From: Podarcis bocagei
Lineage: Eukaryota
Assembly (NCBI GenBank): GCA_964188305.1
Contig: OZ076895.1
Reading direction: 5' to 3' (one strand)
DNA length: 64,000 nt
Part shown: positions 11,301 to 22,400 of the stretch, piece after piece
Layout of the letters: each line of letters begins with the position of its first letter
How positions within the stretch are numbered: position 1 is the stretch's first letter
Position numbers and translations under genes: made by a program
The notes under the pieces: generated by a model
Database searches by the model: none
Told to the model about the DNA's origin: nothing
The model's input: the letters and a program-made list of their open reading frames with translations, nothing else

Positions 11301-14300
11301 TATAAAAAGACAACAACAGGGGGACAACGGAAGAATTCGGGAAATAGATGGTGGCAAAGGGGTTGGAGGTCTTTTAAGATAGAGCTTTCAGGAGCTAGAA
11401 CCAACAAGTACCGTGGTGTGTGTGTGTGTAACACATAACAAGAAGCAACAAGTACTGTGTTTTATATATGGGTTATTTTGTGCTAGTTCTTAAGGCAGGC
11501 ATATCCAAAGTCTGCTTTGGGGCCCAATTCAGCCCTCCGGCCGGTTTTATCAGGCCCCTGTGGCAGTTCATTCATTTATTGCTGTCAAATCCTTTAAAAA
11601 GGTCAATAAACCTTGGGGGGACATCCCCCCAAAAGCTCTTCAATCCTAAAAAAAAGCTCAACTTTGGTCGGCCCTCATGCATGTTCACTTCCATCAAATC
11701 TGGCCCTCTTTGAAAAATGTTTGGGCACCCCTGATCTATATGGTTTAAAAACATAATTATAAAGCAATTTAGCTTAAAGCAGGGGTGGGAAATCCTTGGC
11801 CCTCAAGTTGTCATTGGTTTTTCACAGGTTTTGGTTCGAGTGGCATGGATTATGGCATGGTAGGAGGGAAAGAAACTGGAACAGAATCTCGCTTTAAACA
11901 ATGGACTTCTATGATGGATGGATTGCCATCTGTAGCTTCCCAAGATGCCAATATGCACAAAAATGGTGAGAGATTCCAGCTTACGTTATCAAAAATGATT
12001 TTACAGGGTATATTTATATTGCCACTTTTTGCCTCTAGTGAAAAACTAGGACAGCAGCTTCTCCTGTATTGTTGTTTTGCTGTGAGATTGTTGTATTTTA
12101 ATTGTTCTAAGCCACTGTTAGCAATGCAAATGCCTTTGGAAAGGTAATATATAAATCTGAACAAATCATAATGAGTTTTTTGTTTTGGTAACCTTTTTTT
12201 AAAAAGGCCTCTAATTTTGTATCTTGTTTTTCTTACATTATATATATGCTATTTTCTCTCTTACTCTAGTGCAGGGGTTGCCAGTGTGGTGCCCTTGGGC
12301 ACCAGTTTTCCCTTCAGTATTTCCTGTAGCACCCATGAAAGGTCTTGGTAAATATCCCCTCCAAATTCCACAATGCATGAGAGACTGTTCACTCAGTTCC
12401 TGTTTGCACTGGTGTGTCCTCCTATATGCCTCCATGGCAGCCATTTTGTCTTATGCCACACCTCCATAGCAGTCATTTTGTGACTGGCATCCACAACACT
12501 TTCACAAAATTCCAAACATGCCCACTGGCCCTCAAAAGTTGGTGACTCTTGCTTTAGTGGCTTTATTGTTACAGTGAAACTGGTATGAATTGCCATTCTG
12601 CTTTTATATTAAGGTTTGAGCCCTGTTTCAGCTGCTACCATGATGTCCTTTTGTCAAAATAATATTTTTCCTCTTCTTTCCAGGGACGATTGTGCCCCCT
12701 GGAAAAGTACGAGGGGCATCGCCCTATAACCAATTTGATATAATCCCTGGCGACCCACTGGGCAGCCACACAGGTCCTGCTGGAGATAGTTGGTTACCTG
12801 CCAAATCTCCACCAACAAGTAAGATTGGAAGCAAATCCAGCAATGCCAGTTGGCCTCCAGGTAATTTCAGTGTCCTTGAAAACTGTTCATAAATGTTACA
12901 TCCCAGCTTATAAAATAATATTTGTTACTGCTATCAATGTGTCACCGCTGTCAGTGGCTTTCCAAGCACAGCAGACTGGTGCTGTGCAAACATGCATTGT
13001 AAGATTTGTAAGATGCATTTCAGATTTTGGACCATTTGCCTGTATGAGGTTGTGTAAAACTTGTTTCAGAGGTGTAAACTCCATTTTAAAGAAACCAAAC
13101 TTCTTTGGTCTGTATAAATGACATGAACTAAGCACTTTTTTATTTTGTGTAATTTATTTCTTGGGAAGGTTTAGGGTTAGGATAAAGTTGCTACACTGAA
13201 CAGTAATGCCCTACTCTTGACCACTGGGAATGTTATACAGTAATACCTCTTATGAACGTCCGCCTTGTCTAGTGTCCATTCCGGCGAATGTCTGCGGCAA
13301 ACCTGGAAGTACCGGAATGGGTTACTTCCAGGTTTGCCGCATGCGCAGACGCGCAAACCGCTCCATACGCAGACGCAGCGCTTTGCCCTGTGTCCTTTTT
13401 AGCTAGCAGCCAGGGGTCTGGAATGGATCCCGGCTGCAAAACAAGGTACGACTGTACAGCAGTTTATTTATTTCTGAGACTTCACCAAGCATTGTCTCTC
13501 TCCCATTATTATTATTATTATTATTATTATCACCACCACCACCCTGAATTTTGAAAATAGGTGTGTTTTAAGCCTACTCTTGAATTGGCATATTTATTTT
13601 TGTGATTTATATTGTAATGGCAATTGGCTACAGACAATAAAAATGTGACTGATTGACTACATACACACATATAGTAGCAATATTAATTTGTATGCTTTTC
13701 AATCAGAATGTAGAATAACATTTTAATTACTATTTTTGAAAGGGTAGGAAGGAATGGAAGAGCTAATAAGGGACTAGGAAACACATGTATGCCTTTACAT
13801 TTGTAATTAGATTCCTCTAATAACATTATCTGCACTCTCAAACTGATCTCCCAAGACCCCAGAACTAGAAACTTGGCACCACACATTCTTGGACACCTCA
13901 TATTTGTTGGAAGAATTTAACAACTTTAAGTCTTGAATATTTCATTTGAAATACTGTATGATTATTGTTATGTTTCAGAGTTTCAGCCAGGAGTGCCATG
14001 GAAAGGTATTCCAAACATTGACCCTGAATCTGATCCCTATGTGACCCCAGGAAGTGTGCTGGGGGGTACAGCCACATCCCCCATTGTAGATACTGATCAC
14101 CAACTTCTGCGGGACAACACCACAGGTTTATTTATTACATAATACAATTTCTGTTTACCTTGCAACTATTATAACTGGAATAACAAGTTGGATCAGCAAA
14201 TACATGTTTGCTGATTATAAGTTGGGGCAGGGATACATTTGCAGGGGAGAATCAGTAAAATTGAGGGTAGTTAATCTCTCTACACAGCCAATTATTTTTT

Positions 14301-17300
14301 CCTTATAACCTCTTCTGCCAGGCCCCTTTTCCCCCCAGCCAGTCTTAGTCGCAGTTTTAGACTTAGCTAGAGGGGAAAATAGGAAAATATCTATCTGGAG
14401 GGTAAGCATTGGTGAACCAAGAGAATGAATTAAAACCCTGTTTGCACTTAGCAATTTCCCTGTGGAAATGCCCCTGTCGTGTATTAATGGCAGTAGGCAA
14501 ATACAAACAACCGTATTCTGCTCTGTATTCTATTCTAAAATTTGAAGATGCAGATGTTACTATGGTTTAATTTATGTTAAGACTAAATACATGGATCTGC
14601 AATAGGTTTCTGTCATTCATTGTCATTGCTAGAAATGTCAGTTGTCATGTAAATTCTTTATTAATCTATAATATTTTTCTTTACCTTTCCTTATTATGCC
14701 ATAGGGTCTAATTCTTCCCTCAACACCTCGCTGCCTTCACCTGGTGCCTGGCCCTACAGTGCCTCTGACAATTCCTTCACAAATGTTCATAGCACTTCAG
14801 GTATCTGGTTTCCATTCTCAATGCACCTAGCTCACATTTTATATTGTAGATGGAAAACATCGAGCTATTTAAGCATATATAGCAATGCTTTGTACAATAG
14901 ATAGTTGCCTGGGTTTTTTCCTCAGTGTAACTTTTTCTTACGTATTAAATAACTCCCTGGTGAAGTTTTTTCAGATCCGTGTACTATATTGTCGCAAAAG
15001 CGTGTAGCCTGGATCACATGCAAATATACTTCGACAGACTAAAATTATGATGATCTGTGTTATGTGTATTAACTTTCACTAATTTATTGGCTTTTCCTTT
15101 CCTCTGTTGTAGCAAAGTTCAGTGATTACAAATCAACATGGTCCCCAGATCCCATAGGACCCAATCCCCCTCATCTCTCCAACAAGTGGAGAAACAATAT
15201 TTCCTCAAGAAACACTACAGGGCTACCCCGCCCACCTCCTGGTCTGAGTAATCCAAAACCATCCTCTCCCTGGAGCAGCACAGCACCCCGCTCACTCAGG
15301 GGGTGGGGGGCACAGGATTCAAGGCTTGCCTCTGGTGAGTAGAATTTCCTAGCATTCTTATTGCTTTGCCCATGAACAAGTTCCAGAGCATTACTAGTCT
15401 GGATATGATAAGACCTTTAGGGGAGAGAATGTTATAATTGCTCAGTGAGAGAAAAGAGAATGTTCCATTTCTCTCTCTTAAAAGGGCTATGGGATGTTTG
15501 TCAGCAACTGCTGAGGAAACTGAGGGAGATACAGCTAGACCCTTCCTGTCAGAAGAGGTCCTTGAAAGTTGACAAGGAACATGTATTGAATAGTTTGTGG
15601 GTGGGGTCTCAAGAAGATACAGTTCTTCATGTTGTCTGTGCAGATCCACAGACTTCATCCTCACAAAGCAGCATCTAGCACTTTCTTGAAGGGGTTTAGG
15701 TGGAAAGCTAACCCCCCAACCCCCAGTGTGCACACTCAAAAAAGGTCCGTGTGGCTCCCATTTTTTCTGATCACTGCAGCAAGAGAAACTTTCACTTACC
15801 CCTGAGAAAGCATATGAGCTAGGCCCTTCTTTTCCTTCACTTCATCTTTTTCACCTTTTTTCCTCTACAGTGGATTTTTTTTTTAAAAAAAACAAAAACC
15901 TTTGTGCTAATTCTGCAACAGTGCATGCCTCACTCTCAAGCGGGTGCTTGTAGTGCGGTGCAACTGGCACTTTTTAAGAGGTGTTCAGTTTGTGGCAGCA
16001 GACTACCTCCTTAACTTGGTGAGGGACCTGTAATGCATATGGTTCCAGCTGTCTATGTTTCACTAGGCAGACACACAAAATCACTTGTTTCAGGCACAGG
16101 GAATGTTGTTAGAGCAGGCTGTCTTTGCCTTCAGTGCCAAGGTCAAAGTCTTCAGAGCAGCACAAGCTACACAACTTTGTTCCACTTCAGTTCTGTTCAT
16201 GTTGTTGATGGCAGGGACGGTATCCTTGAACCGATAGGTCACTTGTGCTATGGAGGTCTTCCATAGCTTGCTTACTACACTGTCCTCTATGGGAACTGAA
16301 TTGCCCTTTACATTGACCATGGCTGTTAACCTCTCCAGCCTTCACTTCTGCCTCTGATTCTGGACTGCTCTCTGCCACAGACTCTTTCTTGCTCACTAAG
16401 CCCTGTTTCCTCTTCAGCTTCTGACACCTCCTTCCACTCAACATCCAGTCCATGACACCCAAATGTGTTTTTCTTTTCTAAACTTCAGTCCCTTCTTTTA
16501 GAGGAAAATACCAAAATCTTCCTCTGAAAAGAGATAAACTGGTACTCAATGCCTTGTGCATTTAGCATTTTTTAAAGCATTTCGCTATCCCCCAGAAGAC
16601 TGAGGTCTTTGGCCACTTCTGGACCTTCAGGATGTGTCATAAGTCCAAAGACATGCAGGATGGTAACCCTTGTCAAATTCTTTTAAGTGAAAGCAAGCAT
16701 CTTTCATGTCAGAGCTTGGTCCACATCCACAGATTTGGAAGATGCTTAGCCTTTCAGCCAAAACTTTGCTGTTTGACCCACTTTGCTCTGAGTGACCGCA
16801 GCTTCTCTATAGGATTGCAAAGTTTTAGAGCTATTTAGAACTGTCATCATTGCACACTTCTGTCAGTAAGGGATTTTGATCTTCCCATAGATAGATGACT
16901 GCCTACTTGCGATAAGTATTCTTGCTGCTGTTGTGGCATACATAAAGAAAATTCTATCCTTCTTTGGCACCAATTGGCCGACTATGCCCAGGAGAAAGGC
17001 CTCTGGTTTCTTCAAGAAGGTATATTTGAATACCTTTTTCACAGAATCATAGAATAGAATCATAGAGTTGGAAGAGACCACAAGGGCCATTGAGTCCAAC
17101 CCCCTGCCAAGCAGGAAACACCATCAGAGCACTCCTGACATATGGTTGTCAAGCCTCTGCTTAAATACCTCCAAAGAAGGAGACTCCACCACACTTATTG
17201 CACTTATTAATACTTATTGCATCCACTCAGACTAAGTTGCTTTTACACTTTGCATTCACAGCATCGGGCTTCTTTATCAATGTGGCAAAGTTTCCAATAC

Positions 17301-18551
17301 ATCACCCCATGTGCTCTTTTTGATTCTGGTAGAGGTTTATGAATCTCCTGTCCTCTGGCTGAGCTTGAAACCTTATTGCAGGATTGAGGCACCTCAGCCC
17401 CAGGGGTTGAATTCTGCACTCCAGGACTTTCTGTCTTTCCCTTGGAACTTTCCCCAGGCAGTAACCTTCACTGGTTGTGCTTAACACCCCAAATGTTTTT
17501 GCCAGGCTGCAATGTGTCCTTGAACTCTGCTAATGTCACTTGAATTTCTAGAGGGAGGATAGACAGAATTGTGTGAGTGTGTGTAGAAACTAGCTCACTG
17601 TACAAAAGCTAAAAATTTGCATTTGTTGCTTCATCCACTTTTGCCTCTGCTTCACCCCACTGTCATGTGGCCCTTGGAAGATTGCAGAGAAGGAAATGTC
17701 CTCCTTTGACTGAAAAAGGTTCTCCACTCCTGCCTTATTTGGGTGGCTGCTGACACTGCAGTTCAACCTAGATTCTGGGGCCCATGGCCTTGAGAACTGT
17801 CATCCACCCATCTGAGAATGTGTCCTCTTTAGTGTTGATTTCTGTATGTGTTCCAGCCAGGAGTCAACTCCCAGGCAAAACATCTCATCTTGTCTTCTCA
17901 GTTCTGCATTCCTGTCATGGTTTGATCCTCAGCAGCTATAGTTCCACCTGATACTGTAACTGCAAATGTCATTTTGACCTGCTCTCCGTCTCATGTTTCT
18001 TTATATAGCTGCCGCAACAGGAAATTGTTGGGAAGGTAGAAGCCATACTCCTTTGAGTGTGCTCTTATCTTTTGAAAGTTCTGAATGTTACTTTGTGCAA
18101 CTGCAGAATCCATATGTGTAGCTTCACCAGTGACCACTTGAACAACCCTGTCTTTCATGTTAAATGTGGCAAGAGAAATGGTTTCTATAAAGCACAGAAT
18201 TCATTCTGGTTTTCTGTTTAAGATCAATTTTGAAGTAGGTCTCATCCAAATGTATCCTGCTTACTGTTTAATCATTTGCAGCCTCTACCTGGAGTGATGG
18301 TGGATCTGTTCGTCCCAGCTACTGGCTGGTTCTTCACAATCTCACTCCGCAGGTATTTCTGTCTTCTGCTTCCTTTTTATTACTGAAACAAGACTATTCT
18401 GAATTGTTGATTGTTTTAAATAAATATTGTATTTATGTAGCAACACAAGCTAACTAGTATGACAGTGTGTTTAGGACATGAGAGACCTACTGTAAACCAC
18501 ATTTTCAGCTTTTTTTTAAAATTGGATTGTGAATTAATTGCAGTGCTTGTT

Positions 18552-18587
<36 letters not shown>

Positions 18588-21500
18588 GTAAGTAAGCAAT
18601 TTTGTGAATGCAAAACATAGCGTTGTCTTTTTTTTTTTACAAAACTCCCAGTCTTCAGGATGCTAGGCAGAATGGCTAGTTTTCTCTCTTACGTTTTCGT
18701 AGCGAAACCACAGAATGTTTCCAGCACTGCTGCCAAAAACAAAGGCCTGTAAGGTTCCTTCAGCTTTTGTTTGTGTCTGCTGAGTCACCATGCTTTCTCA
18801 GTACAGTCATACTTCGTGTTGCATTAGGTTCATGTTGCGTCTTTTCAGCTTGCGAACGCGGCAAACCCAGAAGCGTATACTTCCGGGTTTTGCCCCGCGC
18901 GCGTGCACAGAAGCGTTCTGCACACTTAGTACATGTGCAGAAGCGGCGCTCTAGTTACAGACTTTTCAGGGTGTGAACGGCACCCCGGACCAGATCGAGT
19001 CCGTAACTAGAGGTACCACTGTATTTTGAGCTTAGTTTCTTTCTCTTGTGGCATTTACAGTAATTGCCTGATATTTTTGGTTTGTATATTAACCATACTA
19101 TTTCAGGTATATTTACAAATGAAAATACTTACCTCCCCCCCATAAACCTGCTGTTTGTCTTTGTTCTTCCAATCTGTTCTTCACAAGATTGATGGGTCAA
19201 CTTTGAGGACCATCTGCATGCAGCATGGTCCACTGCTGACATTCCATCTCAACCTGACCCAAGGCACCGCCCTTATCCGATACAGCACCAAGCAGGAGGC
19301 AGCCAAGGCCCAGACTGCACTGCACATGTGAGTTACACCAACAACCTTTCCTGACCATTTGCAACCTCATTTTGTCAGTAGATGGAAGTTTTGTGTGCAA
19401 GAGGTAGCCCAGCAATGTGTTTTGTTTGCCTAGTGCCCAGATTTGAAATGGCATTAAAGAGTTTTTTCCCCCAGGGGCTCCTGGAAGGGCAGTGCTTACA
19501 CTGGGATGGCTCCTCCCATCTGGCTGGACAGGCAGGGTCAGTTAAGGATCCTTGGCTGGGGGAGGCGCCATCCCCACTTTCACCAGACCTGCCTTGCCTC
19601 TTACGTTGGTCAGACAGGTCTCTAGTGCTGCAAGGCTCCTGACCCAGCACATTTTTCCATTCTCATTTATTTACTTTTAACTTACATTTTTACATTTCTT
19701 ATTTAATTTCTTTTTCCTTGTAATTTTCTTTCTTTTAATGCCCTTCCCTCCTCTCCTTTTGCCTCCCTGGCCAAGGAGGCAGACTCGGCCAGCTCTGAGG
19801 AAGAGCTCTGTATTTTTCACGAGGAGGCTCTCCCCCAGAGCCCACAGGAAGGCACCCAGGTGGCTTCTGCTGCCCCAAAAAGCTCAAACGCTCTACGCAG
19901 TGAAATAGAACCTGGACAACTGATTTGCGCAGTAGTGCAACAGCAACAGTTCCCTATTTCACAGTTGACTTGTGCCACAGCAAAAGGAGCTTGTGTGTAC
20001 CATTTCTGGCTGGCACTGGAGTTTCTCCTTTAGTCTTCACCTTTCCCTGGACAGGGGAGCCCAGGGGAGAAGTACAGACACCAAGTATGCTAGACTAGAC
20101 GGTCCGTTCACTGATCCAACAGGGCTCTTACGCAGTATCTAGAAGGTAGAGGCATATTCTGTTATCTGGCTGAACTGTTCTCACCTCCAGGCAAAGTCCA
20201 TTTTGTGGCCTTCCACTAGATTAGGAAACTAAAAAAGCAAACAAAAATATTTCAGGTAATGGTGTGCCTCTTTTTAAAAGCTAAATTAGTATTCTCTTTA
20301 AAAGCTTTTGAAATATTTCTGTTAACTTAAAATATTTTAATATGGATCTCAAAAGGATGTTCAATTATTATTCTCATTACTGTATCCAATTACATTTCAA
20401 TTTGGTTAACTATTTGAGTGAGAATAGAGAAGAGATTAGATAAGTCAAAGCTTTGATTATGACCTGATTGAGGCATGGCAAAGCATAGTTTGTTGTTACT
20501 TACTTGAACTACAGCAAGCCTCAGATTTATATGCTCCCTCTGCTCTTCCTTCTCTCTACTTTGAATGGGAAGGGGCAAGGGAAATTTAAAGCTCTGTCAC
20601 TTTTTGCAAAAACTGCAGCTTCCTTTTTCATCTGAATACAGGAAATTGGTTTATTTAACCGTAGTTGGTTAATTAATAAACTAGTATATCAAAGCACCAT
20701 TTGATCCTGGTTTGATAAAATCAAATCTTGGTTTCCCATATGTAAATAAAAAGGGAAGCATTTGGAAGAGGCATGGTTGTAGTTTAGCTCAGTTACCCCA
20801 GGTGGATGAGATCTGGCTATACACCTCTGAAGTTTCACGTTTGCACTTCATCTATTCTGGGCAGACATGTTCTTTACTAGCTTTTCCTTGTCTTCTGTAC
20901 TCTTTTGCCCTGTGCTCATGAGTTTCAGCTTAATTTGTTTCTTCTCCCCTCACTCTGGGGAAGAGGGCTGTCTGCTGGGGTAGGGGCCACCACTGGCAGC
21001 TGGATGGTAACAGCTCAACAGGATGCTTGCGCTGCCTCTCCCCTCAGGGAGTTTTGAAGGATTATGTGAGAAGCATGAAATTTATGTTTCTTGCCTGTAA
21101 GTGGCTTTCTTAACCAAAAATTGTGGATGGTATATCCATGCTTGTATTCATCCTGAAAGAAGAAATATTTTTGGTGCATGTTTCATGACAGCATTTACAT
21201 TTGCAGTTTTTTTTGTACACGAAGAACATGCAGATTTTGTTGCTGCCATAAGTTTGTGGGCTCTTGGGGAAAGCAGTGGACTTGCACATTTGTGAGGTGA
21301 CCATGACTCTGCTTGCAATGGGCTACAAACTGGGTCTTACTTGCCTTGCAAAAGTACGCTAATATTTGGACAAATGTTAGGGCCCCAGTATGAATATTTG
21401 CGACTCTTACCACTATTCTCAGAAATCTCGTTTGTATATCAGCTTCCAAATTTGGAAAAACTTTTGCAAAAATATGCATACATGCTTAAACCATTTTTTT

Positions 21501-22099
21501 TTCTTTTAAAGTAAAAGAAAACAATATTAATTCTGCAAAACAAATGTAGTAAGGATGAGGGCACTATATAAATATTGTTCTGCCGCTCATACTAATTTTC
21601 TTTGTTGAACTATATGTTCTTTGCAATGTTAAACTGTGGATTTGGCTCATGTTTCTGGGATATATTTTCCTGTTAACTTTTGTTTCTGTTCATTCTACCC
21701 TATTTTTTTAGGTGTGTTTTGGGAAACACTACCATCTTGGCTGAGTTTGCCACAGACGAGGAGGTTAGTCGCTTTCTGGCACAAGCTCAGCCTTCTACAC
21801 CTGCAGCAACACCCAGCACACCTGCAGCAGGCTGGCAGTCTCTAGAGACAGGACAGAATCAGACAGATCCAGTGGGACCTGCTTTGAATCTTTTTGGTGG
21901 GTCAACAGGGCTTGGGCAGTGGAGCAGCGGTGGTGGCAGCAGCAGTGGGGGTGACCTTGCTGGTGCTTCATTATGGGCCTCCCCAAATTACTCTTCAAGC
22001 TTGTGGGGGGTTCAGAGTGTAGAAGATCCCCACAGGATGGGAAGCCCTGCTCCCTTACTACCTGGAGACCTTCTAGGCGGAGGGTCGGATTCAATCTGA
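5194..22099 (+). CDS. TNRC6B: TNRC6B (GW182 family miRNA-silencing effector), 3' part; 13 coding exons in window, 5' exons lie upstream
   Basis: Exons 5194-5361, 6680-6805, 9057-9188, 9788-9904, 10075-10243, 11828-11965, 12684-12860, 13979-14125, 14705-14800, 15113-15334, 18282-18352, 19188-19327, 21712-22099 all have AG/GT ends and join in one frame (2091 nt = 696 aa + TGA). Translation includes PAM2 ([18 protein letters not shown]), RRM ([26 protein letters not shown]) and the C-terminus [14 protein letters not shown] recognised as TNRC6B. Confidence 0.97.
6680..6805 (+). CDS. TNRC6B: TNRC6B exon ([16 protein letters not shown]...FLSPQ)
   Basis: tttttag| ... |gtaaac, 126 nt in frame. Confidence 0.93.
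7875..8657. mobile_element. Tigger/pogo-like (Tc1-mariner) non-autonomous element, GC-rich
   Basis: TA|cagtggtacctcgcaagac ... gtcttgcgaggcaccactg|TA; repeated cgcaagacgaa subterminal motif. Confidence 0.9.
9057..9188 (+). CDS. TNRC6B: TNRC6B exon ([10 protein letters not shown]...PQFQL)
   Basis: attaag| ... |gtaagt, 132 nt. Confidence 0.93.
9420..9600. repeat. Short palindromic interspersed repeat (MITE-like)
   Basis: Inverted arms cctgggaactg / cagttcccagg and catttaa...catgact / agtcatatgcattaaatg. Confidence 0.6.
9788..9904 (+). CDS. TNRC6B: TNRC6B Q-rich exon (ACQLIL-Q14-LLQSQRK...QEQQ)
   Basis: ttccag| ... |gtacaa, 117 nt; mixed CAG/CAA tract 9806-9847. Confidence 0.93.
10075..10243 (+). 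CDS. TNRC6B: TNRC6B exon (IARMVNAFQ...PGYSS)
   Basis: ctgcag| ... |gtaagt, 169 nt. Confidence 0.92.
10549..11733. mobile_element. Composite non-autonomous hAT element
   Basis: Perfect 8-bp TSD atctatat at 10541-10548 and 11734-11741; TIRs cacgggtgtcaaac / gtttgggcacccctg. Confidence 0.88.
11828..11965 (+). CDS. TNRC6B: TNRC6B exon (FGSSGMDYG...ESRFKQW...MHKN)
   Basis: tcacag| ... |gtgaga, 138 nt. Confidence 0.94.
12272..12551. mobile_element. hAT MITE
   Basis: TIR caggggttgcca / tggtgactcttg; TSD ctctagtg / ctttagtg (7/8). Confidence 0.8.
12684..12860 (+). CDS. TNRC6B: TNRC6B exon (TIVPPGK...SSNASWPP), first half of PAM2
   Basis: ttccag| ... |gtaatt, 177 nt. Confidence 0.94.
13238..13454. 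mobile_element. Tigger-like MITE
   Basis: TA|cagtaatacctc ... aggtacgactg|TA; internal hairpin cggcaaacctggaagta / tacttccaggtttgccg. Confidence 0.8.
13979..14125 (+). CDS. TNRC6B: TNRC6B exon ([10 protein letters not shown]...RDNTT), second half of PAM2
   Basis: tttcag| ... |gtttat, 147 nt. Confidence 0.94.
14705..14800 (+). CDS. TNRC6B: TNRC6B exon ([17 protein letters not shown]...HSTS)
   Basis: ccatag| ... |gtatct, 96 nt. Confidence 0.93.
15113..15334 (+). CDS. TNRC6B: TNRC6B exon (KFSDYKSTW...PRPPPGL...RLAS)
   Basis: ttgtag| ... |gtgagt, 222 nt. Confidence 0.93.
16862..17040 (-). mobile_element. L1/Tx1-like LINE ORF2 C-terminal fragment
   Basis: Minus-strand translation [11 protein letters not shown]...[12 protein letters not shown] resembles the ORF2 C-terminus of reptile L1-clade elements (recall). 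Confidence 0.6.
17043..17195 (-). mobile_element. CR1 LINE 3' end fragment
   Basis: agaatcatagaatagaatcatagagttggaag is the reverse complement of the CR1 tail with ATTCTATG repeats. Confidence 0.85.
17379..17732. mobile_element. hAT MITE
   Basis: cagga...cacct / aggttctccactcctg ends; TSD ccttattg / ccttattt (7/8). Confidence 0.7.
18282..18352 (+). CDS. TNRC6B: TNRC6B exon (STWSDGG...[10 protein letters not shown]), RRM start
   Basis: ttgcag| ... |gtattt, 71 nt. Confidence 0.94.
18552..18587 (+). repeat. (TTAG)9 microsatellite
   Basis: Direct reading. Confidence 0.95.
18804..19021. mobile_element. Tigger-like MITE
   Basis: TA|cagtcatacttc ... gaggtaccactg|TA. Confidence 0.8.
19188..19327 (+). 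CDS. TNRC6B: TNRC6B exon ([10 protein letters not shown]...AQTALHM), RRM
   Basis: cacaag| ... |gtgagt, 140 nt. Confidence 0.94.
21712..22099 (+). CDS. TNRC6B: TNRC6B last coding exon ([12 protein letters not shown]...GGGSDSI*)
   Basis: ttttag| acceptor; TGA at 22097-22099; matches ORF 21680..22099. Confidence 0.96.
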
Positions 22100-22236
22100 A
22101 CTTAAAACTTTCAACTCTGACCTCGTGACCTTTTTTGGAACAGCAGCAGCACTAACTTGACCTTTTCTTTTTTTTCAACTTGCAATAAATACATTTTAAA
22201 AGGAAAAAAGAAAATGGAGAGAGAAAAAAAGGTGGG

Positions 22237-22400
22237 NNNNNNNNNNNNNNNNNNNNNNNNNNNNNNNNNNNNNNNNNNNNNNNNNNNNNNNNNNNNNNNN
22301 NNNNNNNNNNNNNNNNNNNNNNNNNNNNNNNNNNNNNNNNNNNNNNNNNNNNNNNNNNNNNNNNNNNNNNNNNNNNNNNNNNNNNNNNNNNNNNNNNNNN
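22237..22400. other. Assembly gap (N run)
   Basis: N bases. Confidence 1.
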
